Positions 36,991-49,318 of a DNA stretch of 64,000 bases are shown here, in pieces (the stretch's first letter is position 1; each line of letters begins with the position of its first letter). Below the pieces are notes generated by a model that made no database searches, was not told the origin of the DNA, and was given only the letters and a program-made list of their open reading frames with translations. Where the stretch lies: the NCBI GenBank assembly GCA_043228905.1, contig JBHGNT010000004.1, positions 14,198,001-14,262,000 on the forward strand, in the 5' to 3' direction. The position numbers were made by a program, and so were the translations under genes. Origin of the DNA: Azolla caroliniana (lineage: Eukaryota > Plantae > Polypodiophyta).

Positions 36991-39900
36991 TGTTGCAAAA
37001 CAGCGCTCGGTCACAAACCGAGGAATAGGATCAACTCACAGAAAATGGGAAATACAAAATGCACGAAGACAATAGAGAGAAGAGTACACTGGATGTTTTA
37101 CGTGGAAAACCCTAAATGGGAAAAACCACGGGAGTCCTCAAACTCCAACTATCACTACAAACAGGGATGTACAATGGTGAAGCTACAAGGCAACAACCTT
37201 GAGCTCACTGTCTTCGCCACAGGCGGCGGTAATACACAGAGGCAACGACCTCTTCGTCTCTCTCTCTCTCTCTCGGCTGCTCACTTAGCTCCCTCTAAGT
37301 GGAAAACCAGAAAATGAACAACAACATAAAACTGTTTGCCCTAAGTCATATTTATATACATATGACTTTCGGGCTATTTACAAATATAGCCTCAAGGGGC
37401 CCTTGGCAAACATATTCACAAATATGTCCCCGTATCCGGATCTCTCTCAAGGTACATTCGTCATCCGGCTCCGTAGCCGGGGTCTTCATCATCCGGCTCC
37501 GTAGCCGGGGTCTTCATTCCCGATTCCCGAACATCCGACCATCCCATCCGGAGGGACCGTAATCCCAACAAACTCCCCCTTCACTTCGGCATGGGATGTC
37601 TTTCCAGTCCGACCCTCTTCCGGCACGCTTCCAGCTTGTCGGGTGTGAGCACCTTGGTCAGCATATCCGACCCGTTCTCGTCCGTGTGGATCTTCGTCAG
37701 CACGAACTCCTGGTCTTCTATGCTTTCCCGGATCCAGTGATATCTACGTTGGATGTGCTTCGTCCGGGAGTGATAGGCCGCATTCTTCGCAAGGTGGATG
37801 GCACTCTGACTGTCGCAGTAGAGTCGGTACTCCTCCTGCCGGATACCGAGCTCTCTAATGAAGTCCTTCATCCATATTATTTCCTTGCCGGCTTCAACAG
37901 CCGCCATGTACTCCGCCTCCGTGGTTGACAACGCAACCGTCTTCTGCAGCCTCGACTGCCACGAAACAGGTCCCCCTGCATACGTCATCACATACCCTAA
38001 TGTGGACCGGCTGGTATCTGCATCAGCCGACATATCCGAATCGGTAAAACCGTCGAGTTCGGGCTTACCGGAGCCGAATCGGAGGCACACGTTTGTCGTG
38101 CCCTTTAGGTATCGGAGTATCCACTTGACCGCGTTCCAGTGCTCTTTGCCGGGATTGCTCATGTACCGGCTCACTACTCCGACTGCGTATCCTATGTCCG
38201 GTCTTGTACACACCATTGCGTACATCAAGCTTCCGACGGCAGAGGCATATGGTACTTTCATCATGTCCTCCTTCTCAGCCTTTGTCTTGGGGCTTTGCTT
38301 GCTGGACAACTTGCAGTTTGCCGGGAGGGTTGACCCGACCGGTCTTGCTTCCGACATGTTGAACCGGTGAAGCACCTTTGTGACGTACTTCTCCTGTGAC
38401 AGCCACAACTGCTTCTTCTTCCGGTTCCGGATGATGTGCATCCCTAGTATTTGCCTCGCCGGACCCAGGTCCTTCATTGAGAAAGTTCGGTGAAGCGCTT
38501 TCTTCAGTATCCGTATCTTGGCCTGGTCCCGTCCGACGATCAACATGTCGTCCACGTACAGGAGGAGTATTAGAAAGTCTCCTCCTTCGAACTTCTTCAC
38601 AAACACGCAGTGATCGGACTGCGTTTTGTGGTAGCCTTCGTCGGTCATGAAAGAGTCGAACTTCCGGTACCATTGCCGGGGAGCCTGGTTTAGTCCGTAA
38701 AGGCTCTTCTTCAACCGGCATACCAGGTGCTCCTTCCCTTTCTTCTCGAATCCTTCCGGTTGCTGCATGTATATCTCTTCTTCGAGGTCACCGTGAAGGA
38801 ATGTCGTCTTCACGTCCATCTGTTCTACCTCGAGGTCCACGCTTGCCGCTATGCTCAGCACCGTCCGGATGGAGGTCATCTTCACTACCGGGGCAAATAT
38901 CTCGTCGAAGTCGACGCCCTTCTTCTGCTGGAACCCCTTCACTACGATCCTGGCTTTGTATCTCGGGGGGTTTCCGACATCTCCCGGTTTCAGCTTGAAC
39001 ACCCACTTGTTTCGAAGTGCTCGCTTTCCTTTCGGCAACTCCACAAGTTCATATGTGTGGTTCTCATGCAGGGAATCCATCTCCTCCTGCATGGCACTTA
39101 ACCACCTGCGGCTATGGGTGTCAAGTTTTGCTTCTTCAAAGCTCTCCAGCTCCCCCTCGTCGGTTAGCAGCACGTGCTCTGGTTCCGGAAATCTCCGGGG
39201 GGCCCTTCTCTCTCTTAGAGGATATCTCCGTTCCGGAGCTTCGGTAACCGGCTCCTCCGTTTCCTCTTCATCCGAATCCATTTCGGGATCGGGGCCAGTT
39301 CCGGTATCAGTTTCATCTTCCTCGGCCGGTTCTGTTTCTTTTCCGTCTTCGGCCGGATCCTCGAGTGCTAACCGGTCCCTTGCCGGTCGGGACTGCTCTT
39401 CGTAGAGTTGATCCTCACCGGTCGACTTGGAGCTCTTCATCTTCTTCTCCGACTCCCAGTCGGCGAGTGTCTTGTCCTCCATGACGATGATATCTCGACT
39501 CCTGAATATCTTCTTGTCGACCGGGTCGCATACTCGGTAGCCGAACTCGTCGTCGCCGTAACCGAGGAATATGCATGGCCGGGTCTTTGGATCTAACTTT
39601 CCTCTCCGGTCCTTTGCCACATGCACGTATGCGAGACACCCGAACACCTTCAGATGCCGGTAGGACACTTCCTTACCGGTCCACACTTTCTGCGGCGTGT
39701 CTCCGTCCAAAGGTACTGAGGGTGATCTATTTATCACATACGTCGTCGTCGACATTGCCTCAGCCCAAAATCCCTTGGGTAATTTCGCATGTGCTAGCAT
39801 ACTCCGGACCCTCTCCATTATGGTCCGGTTCATCCTCTCGGCCAGCCCGTTCAGTTCCGGCGTCTTCGGCACAGTAAACTCGAGCCGGATTCCCTTCGAG

Positions 39901-42241
39901 CGACAGTACTCTGCGAACTGCCCCCGGTATTCCCCTCCGTTATCCGCTCGTATCGCTTTCAGCTTCTTGCCGGATTCTCTTTCCACTCTCGCGTGGAGTT
40001 CTTTGAAGACGGACAATACTTGGTCCTTTGTCTTCAACGGTGCCGTCCACAGCTTCCGGCTATGGTCATGTTTGAATGTTACGAAGTACTGAGCTCCGCC
40101 ATGTGACTTCGCTTCTACTTGACACACATCAGTGTGTACCAACTCCAATGGTGCGCTACGTCTCGTCGGTGGCCTTGAGTGGAAGGAGGTCCGGTTTTGC
40201 TTACCGGCCAGACAGTCGGTACACCTCCCCAGGTGTACGTGCTTTACCGGTATCAGGTTGTCATCGGCAAGCCTCTTCATCCCCTTCTCACTCATGTGGC
40301 ACAGTCTCTTGTGCCACAGCTCACCGGCAGTGTCGGCTGCCACGTTCAGCTCCTCCGGACATAGCCAGGAATTCATCAGGTACAGTGTATTGACTTTCCG
40401 GGCCCGAGCCACTATCAGGCTCCCTTTGCTGAACTTCATGACACCGTTCCGGATGCTACCCGTGTAGCCTTCATCATCTAGCCTCCCGGCCGAGATCAGG
40501 TTCAATCGGACCTCTGGAACGTGTCGAACATCCTTCAGCAGCATCTTGCATCCGGTTGATGTCATCAACCACACGTCTCCTATGTCGGCAATCCGGCATG
40601 TGCCTTCATTTCCCATCCGGACACAGCCGTGCTCACCGGCTGTGTAGGATGAGAAGTATTTCTTCTCCGGGGTCAGGTGGAACGACGCTCCGGAATCGAC
40701 CACCCAGGTCATCTCTACACCGGCAAGGTTTAGCTCCCTCTCTTCGGTAATGAGCATTATCTCTTCTTCACTTGCCGCGAGTGCCGTCGTTCCTTTCCGG
40801 TCCTGCCCTCGCCGATCCGGACCTCTCCGGTCCGTGGCTCCCCGGTATGCACCGTTTCTCTCCGGTGACTTCTTCGAATCGGTGTCGTCGGCTCCGTTGT
40901 CCTTTCGGTAATGCCGACAATTCTTCCGGAAGTGCCCCGGCTTCCCACAGTGGAAGCATGTGGGCCTTCCTCTTGACTGCGACCGGGTCCCCGACTTCTC
41001 CCGTCTTTGCGGACTCCGGTTCCATTGTCTTCCCCGATCCGATTCGGTAAGCAGCATCTTCGGATCGGAAACCGGTTCTTTATCTCTCCGACGCGCTTCT
41101 TCGTTCAAAATGCTTGTCTTTACCGTTTGTAGAGACAAGTTATCTTCGGTGCAGGAGGTGCTGAGAGTCACCACCAAGTTCTCCCAGCTTTCCGGCAATG
41201 TACACATCAGAATGATGGCTTGCATTGCATCCTCCAACGGGAACTTGATCGCCGCAAGCTGGTTCACGAATCCCATGAACGTGCTCACGTGTTCCACCAT
41301 ATTCTCGCCGTCCCGGTACTTGAGGTTCACTATCTTCCTCATCAGGGAGGTCCGGTTCAACGCATTCTTCCTCTCGTAGAGGCCCGACAGCTTCTTCCAC
41401 ATCTCATATGCATTGGTGTCGTTCGCCACATGTTGTAGGACACTTACATCGACATATTGCCGGATCGTCGCTACGGCTTTCCGGTTCAGGAGCTTCCACT
41501 CCGACTCTATTACCCCCTTGGGTATCTCGGCATTGTCGATCGGTTCGTACAGGTCTCGGACGATGAGAAGGTCTTCCATCTTTATCTTCCAGTCGGCGTA
41601 GTTATGTGAGTTCAACACCATCATGCCCGGCTACCCGCTGCTGCCACCTTCCATTTTCTGCATTGCCGTCGCTCTGATACCAATTTGTTGCAAAACAGCG
41701 CTCGGTCACAAACCGAGGAATAGGATCAACTCACAGAAAACGGGAAATACAAAATGCACGAAGACAATAGAGAGAAGAGTACACTGGATGTTTTACGTGG
41801 AAAACCCTAAATGGGAAAAACCACGGGAGTCCTCAAACTCCAACTATCACTACAAACAGGGATGTACAATGGTGAAGCTACAAGGCAACAACCTTGAGCT
41901 CACTGTCTTCGCCACAGGCGGCGGTAATACACAGAGGCAACGACCTCTTCGTCTCTCTCTCTCTCTCTCTCTCGGCTGCTCACTTAGCTCCCTCTAAGTG
42001 GAAAACCAGAAAATGAACAACAACATAAAACTGTTTGCCCTAAGTCATATTTATATACATATGACTTTCGGGCTATTTACAAATATAGCCTCAAGGGGCC
42101 CTTGGCAAACATATTCACAAATATGTCCCCGCATCCGGATCTCTCTCCGGGTACATTTGTCATCCGGCTCCGTAGCCGGGGTCTTCATTCCCGATTCCCG
42201 GACATCCGACCATCCCATCCGGAGGGACCGTAATCCCAACA
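36991..42241 (-). mobile_element. Full-length copia element A inserted in the 5' LTR of sister element B
   Basis: LTRs 36991-37570 and 41686-42241; TGAAG TSD (36986-36990 / 42242-42246); PBS iMet at 41671-41682; PPT 37573-37580. Confidence 0.96.
37581..41624 (-). CDS. Copia gag-pol polyprotein (gag, CCHC, PR, INT, RT, RNase H), 1347 aa
   Basis: Uninterrupted ORF with CFHCGKPGH, WVVDSGASFH, HTDVC..RADNGGEY..NGLAER, YVDD and SDMLTK. Confidence 0.95.
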   Translation of the reverse strand: MMVLNSHNYADWKIKMEDLLIVRDLYEPIDNAEIPKGVIESEWKLLNRKAVATIRQYVDVSVLQHVANDTNAYEMWKKLSGLYERKNALNRTSLMRKIVNLKYRDGENMVEHVSTFMGFVNQLAAIKFPLEDAMQAIILMCTLPESWENLVVTLSTSCTEDNLSLQTVKTSILNEEARRRDKEPVSDPKMLLTESDRGRQWNRSPQRREKSGTRSQSRGRPTCFHCGKPGHFRKNCRHYRKDNGADDTDSKKSPERNGAYRGATDRRGPDRRGQDRKGTTALAASEEEIMLITEERELNLAGVEMTWVVDSGASFHLTPEKKYFSSYTAGEHGCVRMGNEGTCRIADIGDVWLMTSTGCKMLLKDVRHVPEVRLNLISAGRLDDEGYTGSIRNGVMKFSKGSLIVARARKVNTLYLMNSWLCPEELNVAADTAGELWHKRLCHMSEKGMKRLADDNLIPVKHVHLGRCTDCLAGKQNRTSFHSRPPTRRSAPLELVHTDVCQVEAKSHGGAQYFVTFKHDHSRKLWTAPLKTKDQVLSVFKELHARVERESGKKLKAIRADNGGEYRGQFAEYCRSKGIRLEFTVPKTPELNGLAERMNRTIMERVRSMLAHAKLPKGFWAEAMSTTTYVINRSPSVPLDGDTPQKVWTGKEVSYRHLKVFGCLAYVHVAKDRRGKLDPKTRPCIFLGYGDDEFGYRVCDPVDKKIFRSRDIIVMEDKTLADWESEKKMKSSKSTGEDQLYEEQSRPARDRLALEDPAEDGKETEPAEEDETDTGTGPDPEMDSDEEETEEPVTEAPERRYPLRERRAPRRFPEPEHVLLTDEGELESFEEAKLDTHSRRWLSAMQEEMDSLHENHTYELVELPKGKRALRNKWVFKLKPGDVGNPPRYKARIVVKGFQQKKGVDFDEIFAPVVKMTSIRTVLSIAASVDLEVEQMDVKTTFLHGDLEEEIYMQQPEGFEKKGKEHLVCRLKKSLYGLNQAPRQWYRKFDSFMTDEGYHKTQSDHCVFVKKFEGGDFLILLLYVDDMLIVGRDQAKIRILKKALHRTFSMKDLGPARQILGMHIIRNRKKKQLWLSQEKYVTKVLHRFNMSEARPVGSTLPANCKLSSKQSPKTKAEKEDMMKVPYASAVGSLMYAMVCTRPDIGYAVGVVSRYMSNPGKEHWNAVKWILRYLKGTTNVCLRFGSGKPELDGFTDSDMSADADTSRSTLGYVMTYAGGPVSWQSRLQKTVALSTTEAEYMAAVEAGKEIIWMKDFIRELGIRQEEYRLYCDSQSAIHLAKNAAYHSRTKHIQRRYHWIRESIEDQEFVLTKIHTDENGSDMLTKVLTPDKLEACRKRVGLERHPMPK

Positions 42242-42481
42242 TGAAGACCCCGGTTACGGAGCCGGATGATGAAGACCCCGGTTACGGAGCCGGATGATGA
42301 ATGTACCCGGAGAAAGATCCGGATGCGGGGACATATTAGTGAATATGTTTGCCAAGGGCCCTTGAGGCTATATTTGTAAATAGCCCGAAAGTCATATGTG
42401 TATAAATATGACTTAGGGCAAACAGTTTTACTGTTGTTGCTCATTTTCTTGTTTTCACTTAGAGGGAGCGAAGTGAGAGCA

Positions 42482-42524
<43 letters not shown>

Positions 42525-42817
42525 GAGGTCGACGCCTCTGTGTAATACCGCCGCCTGTGGCGAAGACAGTGAGCTACAAGGTTGTTGCCTTGTAGCTTCA
42601 CCATTGTACATCTCTGTTTATAGTGATAGTTGGAGTTTGAGGACTCCCGTGGTTTTTCCCATTTAGGGTTTTCCACGTAAAATATACTGTGTACGCTTCT
42701 CTCTATTGTCTTTGTGCATTTTGTATTTCCTGTTTTCTGAGAGTTGATCCTATTCCTCGGTTGTGGCCGAGCATCGTTTTTCAACAAGTGGTATCAGAGC
42801 ACGGTTAACACAGAAAA

Positions 42818-45800
42818 TGGAAGGCGGCGGCAGTGGGCCTCCGGGCATGATGGTGTTGAACTCACAGAACTACGCCGACTTGAAGATAAAGATGGAAGAC
42901 CTCCTCATCGTCCGAGACCTGTACGAACCGATCGACAATGCCGAGATACCCAAGGGGGTAATAGAGTCGGAGTGGAAGCTCCTAAACCGGAAAGCCGTAG
43001 CGACGATCCGGCAATATGTCGATGTAAGTGTTCTGCAACATGTGGCGAACGATACGAACGCGTATGAGATGTGGCAGAAGCTGTCCGGACTGTATGAGAG
43101 GAAGAATGCTCTGACCCGGACCTCCCTGATGAGGAAGATAGTAAATCTTAAGTACCGGGACGGCGAGAGCATGGTCGAACACGTCAGCATGTTCATGGGA
43201 TTCGTAAACCAGCTTGCGGCAATGCAATGCAATGCAAGCCATCATGTTCCCGTTGGATGACGCAATGCAAGCCATCATGCTGATGTGTACCCTTCCGGAG
43301 AGCTGGGAGAACTTGGTAATTACTCTCAGCACCTCCTGTAAGGAAGAGAACTTGTCTTTACTAACGGTAAAGACAAGTATTCTAAATGAAGAAGCGCGTC
43401 GGAGAGATAAAGAACCGGCCTCCGACTCGAAGGCGCTGCTTACCGAATCGGAACGGGGAAGACAACGGTACCGGAGTCCGCAAAGACGGGAGAAGTCGGG
43501 GACACGGTCGCAGTCGAGGGGAAGACCTACATGCTTCTACTGTGGGAAGCCGGGGCACTTCCAGAAGAACTGTCGGCATTTCCGGAAAGACAACGGAACC
43601 GACGGTACCGATTCGAAGAAGTCACCGGAGCGAAACGGTGCATACCGGGGAGCCACGGACCGGAGAGGTCCGGATCGGCGAGGGCAGGACCGGAAAGGAA
43701 CGACGGCACTCGTGGCAAGTGAAGAAGAGATAATGCTCATTACCGAAGAGAGGGAGCTGAACCTTGCCGGTGAAGAGATGACCTGGGTGGTCGATCCCGG
43801 AGCGTCATTCCACCTGACCCCGGAGAAGAAATACTTCTCATCCTACACAGCCGGTGAGCACGGCTGTGTCCGGATGGGAAATGAAGGTACATGCCGGATT
43901 GCCGGCATAGGAGACGTGTGGCTGATGACATCAACCGGATGCAAGATGCTGCTGAAGGATGTACGACACGTTCCAAAGGTTCGATTGAACCTGATTTTGG
44001 CCGGGAGGCTAGACGATGAGGGCTACACGGGTAGCATCCGGAACAACGTCATGAAGTTCAGCAAAGGGATCCTGATAGTGGCTCGGGCCTGGAAGGTCAA
44101 CACACTGTACCTGATGAATTCCCGGCTATGTCCGGAGGAGCTGAACGTGGCAGCTGACACTACCGGTGAGTTGTGGCACAAGAGACTGTGCCACATGAGC
44201 GAGAAGGGGATGAAGAGGCTTGCCGAAGACAACCTGATACCGGTAAAGCACGTACACCTGGGGAAGTGTACCGACTGTCTGGCCGGTAAGCAAAACCGGA
44301 CCTCCTTCCACTCAAGGCCACCGACGAGACGTAGCGCACCATTGGAGTTGGTACACACTGATGTGTGTCAGGTAGAAGCGAAGTCACATGGCGGAGCCCA
44401 GTACTTCGTAACATTCATAGATGACCATAGCCGGAAGCTGTGGACGGCACCGTTGAAGACAAAGGACCAAGTATTGTCCGTCTTCAAAGAACTCCACGCG
44501 AGAGTGGAAAGGGAATCCGGCAAGAAGCTCAAAGCGATACGAGCGGATAACGGAGGGGAATACCGGGGCCAGTTCGAGGAGTACTGTCGCCCGAAGGGAA
44601 TCCGGCTCGAGTTTACTGTGCCGAAGACACCGGAACTGAACGGGCTGGCCGAGAGGATGAACCGGACCATCATGGAGAGGGTCCGGAGTATGCTGGCACA
44701 TGCGAAATTACCCAAGGGATTTTGGGCTGAGGCAATGTCGACGGCGACATATGTGATAAATAGATCACCCTCAGTACCCCTGGATGGAGACACGCCACAG
44801 AGAGTGTGGACCGGTAAGGAAGTGTCCTACCGGCATCTGAAGGTGTTCGGGTGTCTCGCATACGTGCATGTGGCAAAGGACCGGAGAGGAAAGTTAGAAC
44901 CAAAGACCCGGCCATGCATATTCCTTGGTTACGGCGACGACGAGTTCGGCTACCGAGTATGGGACCCGGTCGACAAGAAGATGTTCAGGAGTCGAGATAT
45001 CATCTTCATGGAGGACAAGACACTCGCCGACTGGGAGCCGGAGAAGAAGATGAAGAGCTCCAAGTCGACCGGTGAGAATCAACTCTACGAGGAGCAGTCC
45101 CGACCGGCAAGGGACCGGTTAGCACTCGAGGATCCGGCCGAAGACGGTGAAGAAACAGAACCGGCCGAGGAAGATGAAACTGATACCGGAACCGGCACCG
45201 ATCCCAAAATGGATTCGGATGAAGAGGAAACGGATGAGCCGGTTACCGAAGCTCCGGAACGGAGATATCCTCTAAGAGAGAGAAGGGCCCCCCGGAGATT
45301 TCCGGAACCAGAGCACGTGCTGCTAACCGACGAGGGGGAGCCGGAGAGTTTTGAAGAAGCAAAGCTTGACACCCATAGCTGCAGGTGGTTAAGTGCCATG
45401 CAGGAGGAGATGGATTCCCTGCATGAGAACCACACATATGAACTTGTGGAGTTGCCGAAAGGAAAGCGGGCACTTCGAAACAAGTGGGTGTTCAAGCTGA
45501 AACCGGGAGATGCCGAAAACCCCCCGAGATACAAAGCCAGGATCGTGGTGAAGGGGTTCCAGCAGAAGAAGGGCGTCGACTTCGACGAGATATTTGCCCC
45601 GGTAGTGAAGATGACCTCCATCCGGACGGTGCTGAGCATAGCGGCAAGCATGGACCTCGAGGTAGAACAGATGGACGTGAAGACGGCATTCCTTCACGGT
45701 GACCTCGAAGAAGAGATCTACATGCAGCAACCGGAAGGATTCGAGAAGAAAGGGAAGGAGCACCTGGTATGCCGGTTGAAGAAGAGCCTTTACGGACTAA

Positions 45801-46909
45801 AGCAGGCTCCCCGGCAATGGTACCGGAAATTCGACTCTTTCATGACCGACGAAGGGTACCACAAAACGCAGTCCGATCACTGCGTGTTTGTGAAGAAGTT
45901 TGAAGGAGGAGACTTTCTAATACTCCTCCTATACGTGGACGACATGTTATTCGTCGGATGGGACCAGGTCAAGATACGGATGCTGAAGAAAGCACTTCAC
46001 CGAACCTTCTCAATGAAGGACCTGGGTCCGGCGAGGCAAATACTAGGGATGCACATCATCCGGGACCGGAAGAAGAAGCAGCTGTGGCTGTCACAAGAGA
46101 AGTACGTGACAAAGGTGCTTCAACGGTTCAACATGTCGGAAGCAAGACCGGTCGGATCGACCCTCCCGGCAAACTGCAAGTTGTCCAGCAAGCAAAGCCC
46201 CAAGACGAAGGCCGAGAAGGAGGACATGATGAAAGTACCATATGCCTCTGCCGTCGTAAGCTTGATGTACGCAATGGTGTGTACAAGACCGGACATAGGA
46301 TATGCAGTCGGAGAGGTGAGCCGGTACATGAGCAATCCCGGCAAAGAGCACTGGAACGCGGTCAAGTGGATACTCCGATACCTGAAGGGCACGGCAAACG
46401 TGTGCCTCCGATTCGGCTCCGGTAAGCCCGAACTCGACGGCTTTACCGATTCGGATATGTCGGCTGATGCAGATACCAGTCGGTCCACATCAGGGTATGT
46501 GATGACGTATGCAGGGGGAGCTGTTTCGTGGCAGTCGAGGCTACAGAAGACGGTTGCGTTGTCAACCACGGAGGCGGAGTACATGGCGGCTGTTGAAGCC
46601 GGCAAGGAAATAATATGGATGAAGGACTTCATTAGAGAGCTCGGTATCCGGCAGGAGGAGTACTGACTCTACTGCGACAGTCAGAGTGCCATCCACCTTG
46701 CGAAGAATGCGGCCTATCACTCCCGGACGAAGCACATCCAACGAAGATATCACTGGATCCGGGAAAGGATAGAAGACCAGGAGTTCGTGCTGACGAAGAT
46801 CCACACGGACGAGAACGGGTCGGATATGCTGACCAAGGTGCTCACACCCGACAAGCTGGAAGCATGCCGGAAGAGGATCGGACTGGAGAGACATCCCATG
46901 CCGAAGTGA
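42818..46909 (+). pseudogene. Copia gag-pol of element B with a frameshift (about 43221) and a nonsense codon (46664)
   Basis: Near-identical to the element A protein; about 19-nt insertion in gag and CGA>TGA in RNase H. Confidence 0.92.
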
Positions 46910-46979
46910 AGGGGGAGTTTGTTGGGAATTCGGTCCCTCCGGATGGGATGTCCGGAGATGAATGACGGCAAGCCCGGTT

Positions 46980-47113
46980 GCGGTTACGGAACCGGATGAT
47001 GAAGACCCCGGTTACGGAGCCGGATGATGAAGACCCCGGTTACGGAACCGGATGATGAAGACCCCGGTTACGGAGCCGGATGATGAAGACCCCGGTTACG
47101 GAGCCGGATGATG
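46980..47113 (+). repeat. 28-bp tandem array in the U3 of A/B LTRs
   Basis: Unit CCGGATGATGAAGACCCCGGTTACGGAG, about 4-5 copies in B and fewer in A. Confidence 0.9.
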
Positions 47114-47296
47114 AATGTACCCGGAGAAAGATCCGGATGCGGGGACATATTAGTGAATATGTTTGCCAAGGGCCCTTGAGGCTATATTTGTAAATAGCCC
47201 GAAAGTCATATGTGTATAAATATGACTTAGGGCAAACAGTTTTACTGTTGTTGCTCATTTTCTTGTTTTCACTTAGAGGGAGCGAAGTGAGAGCAG

Positions 47297-47334
<38 letters not shown>

Positions 47335-49318
47335 GAGGTTGACGCCTCTGTGTAATACCGCCGCCTGTGGCGAAGACAGTGAGCTACAAGGTTGTTGCCT
47401 TGTAGCTTCACCATTGTACATCTCTGTTTATAGTGATAGTTGGAGTTTGAGGACTCCCGTGGTTTTTCCCATTTAGGGTTTTCCACGTAAAATATACTGT
47501 GTACTCTTCTCTCTATTGTCTTTGTGCATTTTGTATTTCCTGTTTTCTGAGAGTTGATCCTATTCCTCGGTTGTGGCCGAGCATCGTTTTTCAACATGAA
47601 GTACGTCTCAATACTTCTGTTAGTCCATATGGACTTGTATAAAACTACTCTCTGAGCACATCCTATGTACAGAGTTTACACATTATTCGAATTTAGTTTT
47701 TTCTGTGTTTTTTTCCCTCTTTGTCTCTCTTGTGTACATTGTTTCTTAAGCTCTCCATTAAACCTATTTTTCTCTGTTGGTATTCTATGTTTCGTATAGA
47801 TTCTGCACGTAACATTTCACACTTCCCCGAAGAACCAAAGTCATGAATAGAAGCAATCAACCGTGCAGTACGATGACATAACCGCCTCTTCGAACGATGT
47901 TCGGAACATCAATTTCAAATGCCAAGGGCAAGATCGGAGCCCACCTACGCTTTAGTTGTAGCAAAGCCTTTCCCAAGGGAGTCATTTAATACTTCTCCAA
48001 TAAATACACCGACCGACTCCAATGGAAATCGACACCACACGTCGTCGCGGACCACTATCGGAAGAAGAAAAGCAGCGACGCCAGGCAAATCGATTATGTC
48101 TTTGTTGTGGTGGACCGGGGCATATTGCAGTGAACGGTCCCCATCAACCAGGAAGGCAGGTAAATCAAATAACCACTAGTACTAATAATACTAAACCCGA
48201 ATCTATTTCTCTAGGTGTGACCGATAGTCCTAATAGCCCAAGCCTTTCAAATAAATTTGAAATCCTTAGTCAACTAGAAGAAGAGTTAGACGATTAAGTC
48301 TAGCCAAAATAGGAGCTGTTTGGTTGGACAACCCTAGATCTGTGCAGCCCATTTGTGGTTCCATTTCCTCTAAGCAAGTTGGCAATGTGTTCTTAGCTCA
48401 AGTAATGGTTAGTACTAAAGTACTCCTTCAGTACATGTCTTAGCAGTCTTAGATTCCGAAGCCAACTCTTGCTTCATGGATAGGAATTTTGCCCAACATC
48501 TTTAGTAGTTATTGATGGTCGTCCCATTGCTTCCGGAAAAATCATAGAGGAGTCAGAGCCAGTTCAAGTTGTCCTAGATAACTTGGTGTGTGTAGTATCA
48601 TTTCATATAATTAGTAGTCTAGATCATCCAATTGTCTTGGGGTTACCGTGGTCCGAATTACATAACCTAGACATAGATTGGAGAACACGAGAAATCCGGT
48701 ATTGACAAATCCGAGGATCTACTCATAAGATTGCAACCATTTCGCTCCATCAATTACATGAGGAAGGATGCAAGGAAGCAATGTTTGTCTTCACAGTATC
48801 AGTAAAACTTTCCAACACTACTAAAGAGGAATCCATAGTTCAACTTCCAGAGAAGTATCGTCAGTATGCCAATGTGTTCGATAAGGTACAAGCCAATATG
48901 CTTCCTCACCACCGGCCGTATGATTGCCCCATCGATTTACAACCAGAAAAAGAGCCACCATGGGGACCGATCTACAATTTTTCACCAACCGAGCTAGAAG
49001 TCCTTCAAGCCTATATAGAGGACAATTTGGCAAATGGTTTAATTCGACATTCGAAATCTCCAGCTAGCGCAACCATTTTCTTCATGAAGAAAAAGGGTGG
49101 ATAAATTCGTCTCGTCTTAGACTATCGCGGCTTGAATATGGTCACCATTAGGAATAGGTATGCACTTCCCCTTATCTCAAGTCTTTTAGAATGGATCAAT
49201 GGTGCAAGGTCCTTCACAAAGATCGACTTACGAGGAGCATATAACTTCGTATGGATCTTACCAAGAGATGAATGGAAGACCGCGTTCCGCACAAGATATG
49301 GGCACTTCGAGTATACGG

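Larger units (their letters stand above)
36851..47596 (+). mobile_element. Full-length copia element B inserted in the 3' LTR of D
   Basis: 5' LTR 36851-36990 + 42247-42786; 3' LTR 46920-47596; TGAAG TSD (36846-36850 / 47597-47601); PBS TGGTATCAGAGC at 42789-42800; PPT about 46909-46917. Confidence 0.95.
18457..47821 (+). mobile_element. Copia element D (degraded, heavily interrupted)
   Basis: Truncated 5' LTR 18457-~18711; gag with CWYCGKKVH; protease WYVDSGASNH; RT/RNase H pieces at 24599-24763, 25555-25807 and 36019-36330; PPT 36605-36617; 3' LTR 36618-36850 + 47602-47821. TSD CTTCT/CTTCC. Confidence 0.85.
16163..49318 (+). mobile_element. Tcn1/Tf1-like Ty3/gypsy element #3 (degraded), split by a solo LTR and a 29-kb nested block
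   Basis: LTR at about 16163-17425. Gag 18144-18456 resumes at 47827 (LLLTF|PEEPKS). Knuckle CLCCGGPGH near 48095, protease near 48440 and RT 48860-49318 ([23 protein letters not shown]). Confidence 0.85.

Noticed and set aside
37596-46894. Many overlapping opposite-strand ORFs over the copia pol genes
   Set aside because: Expected shadow ORFs in GC-rich coding DNA, with no recognisable domains.
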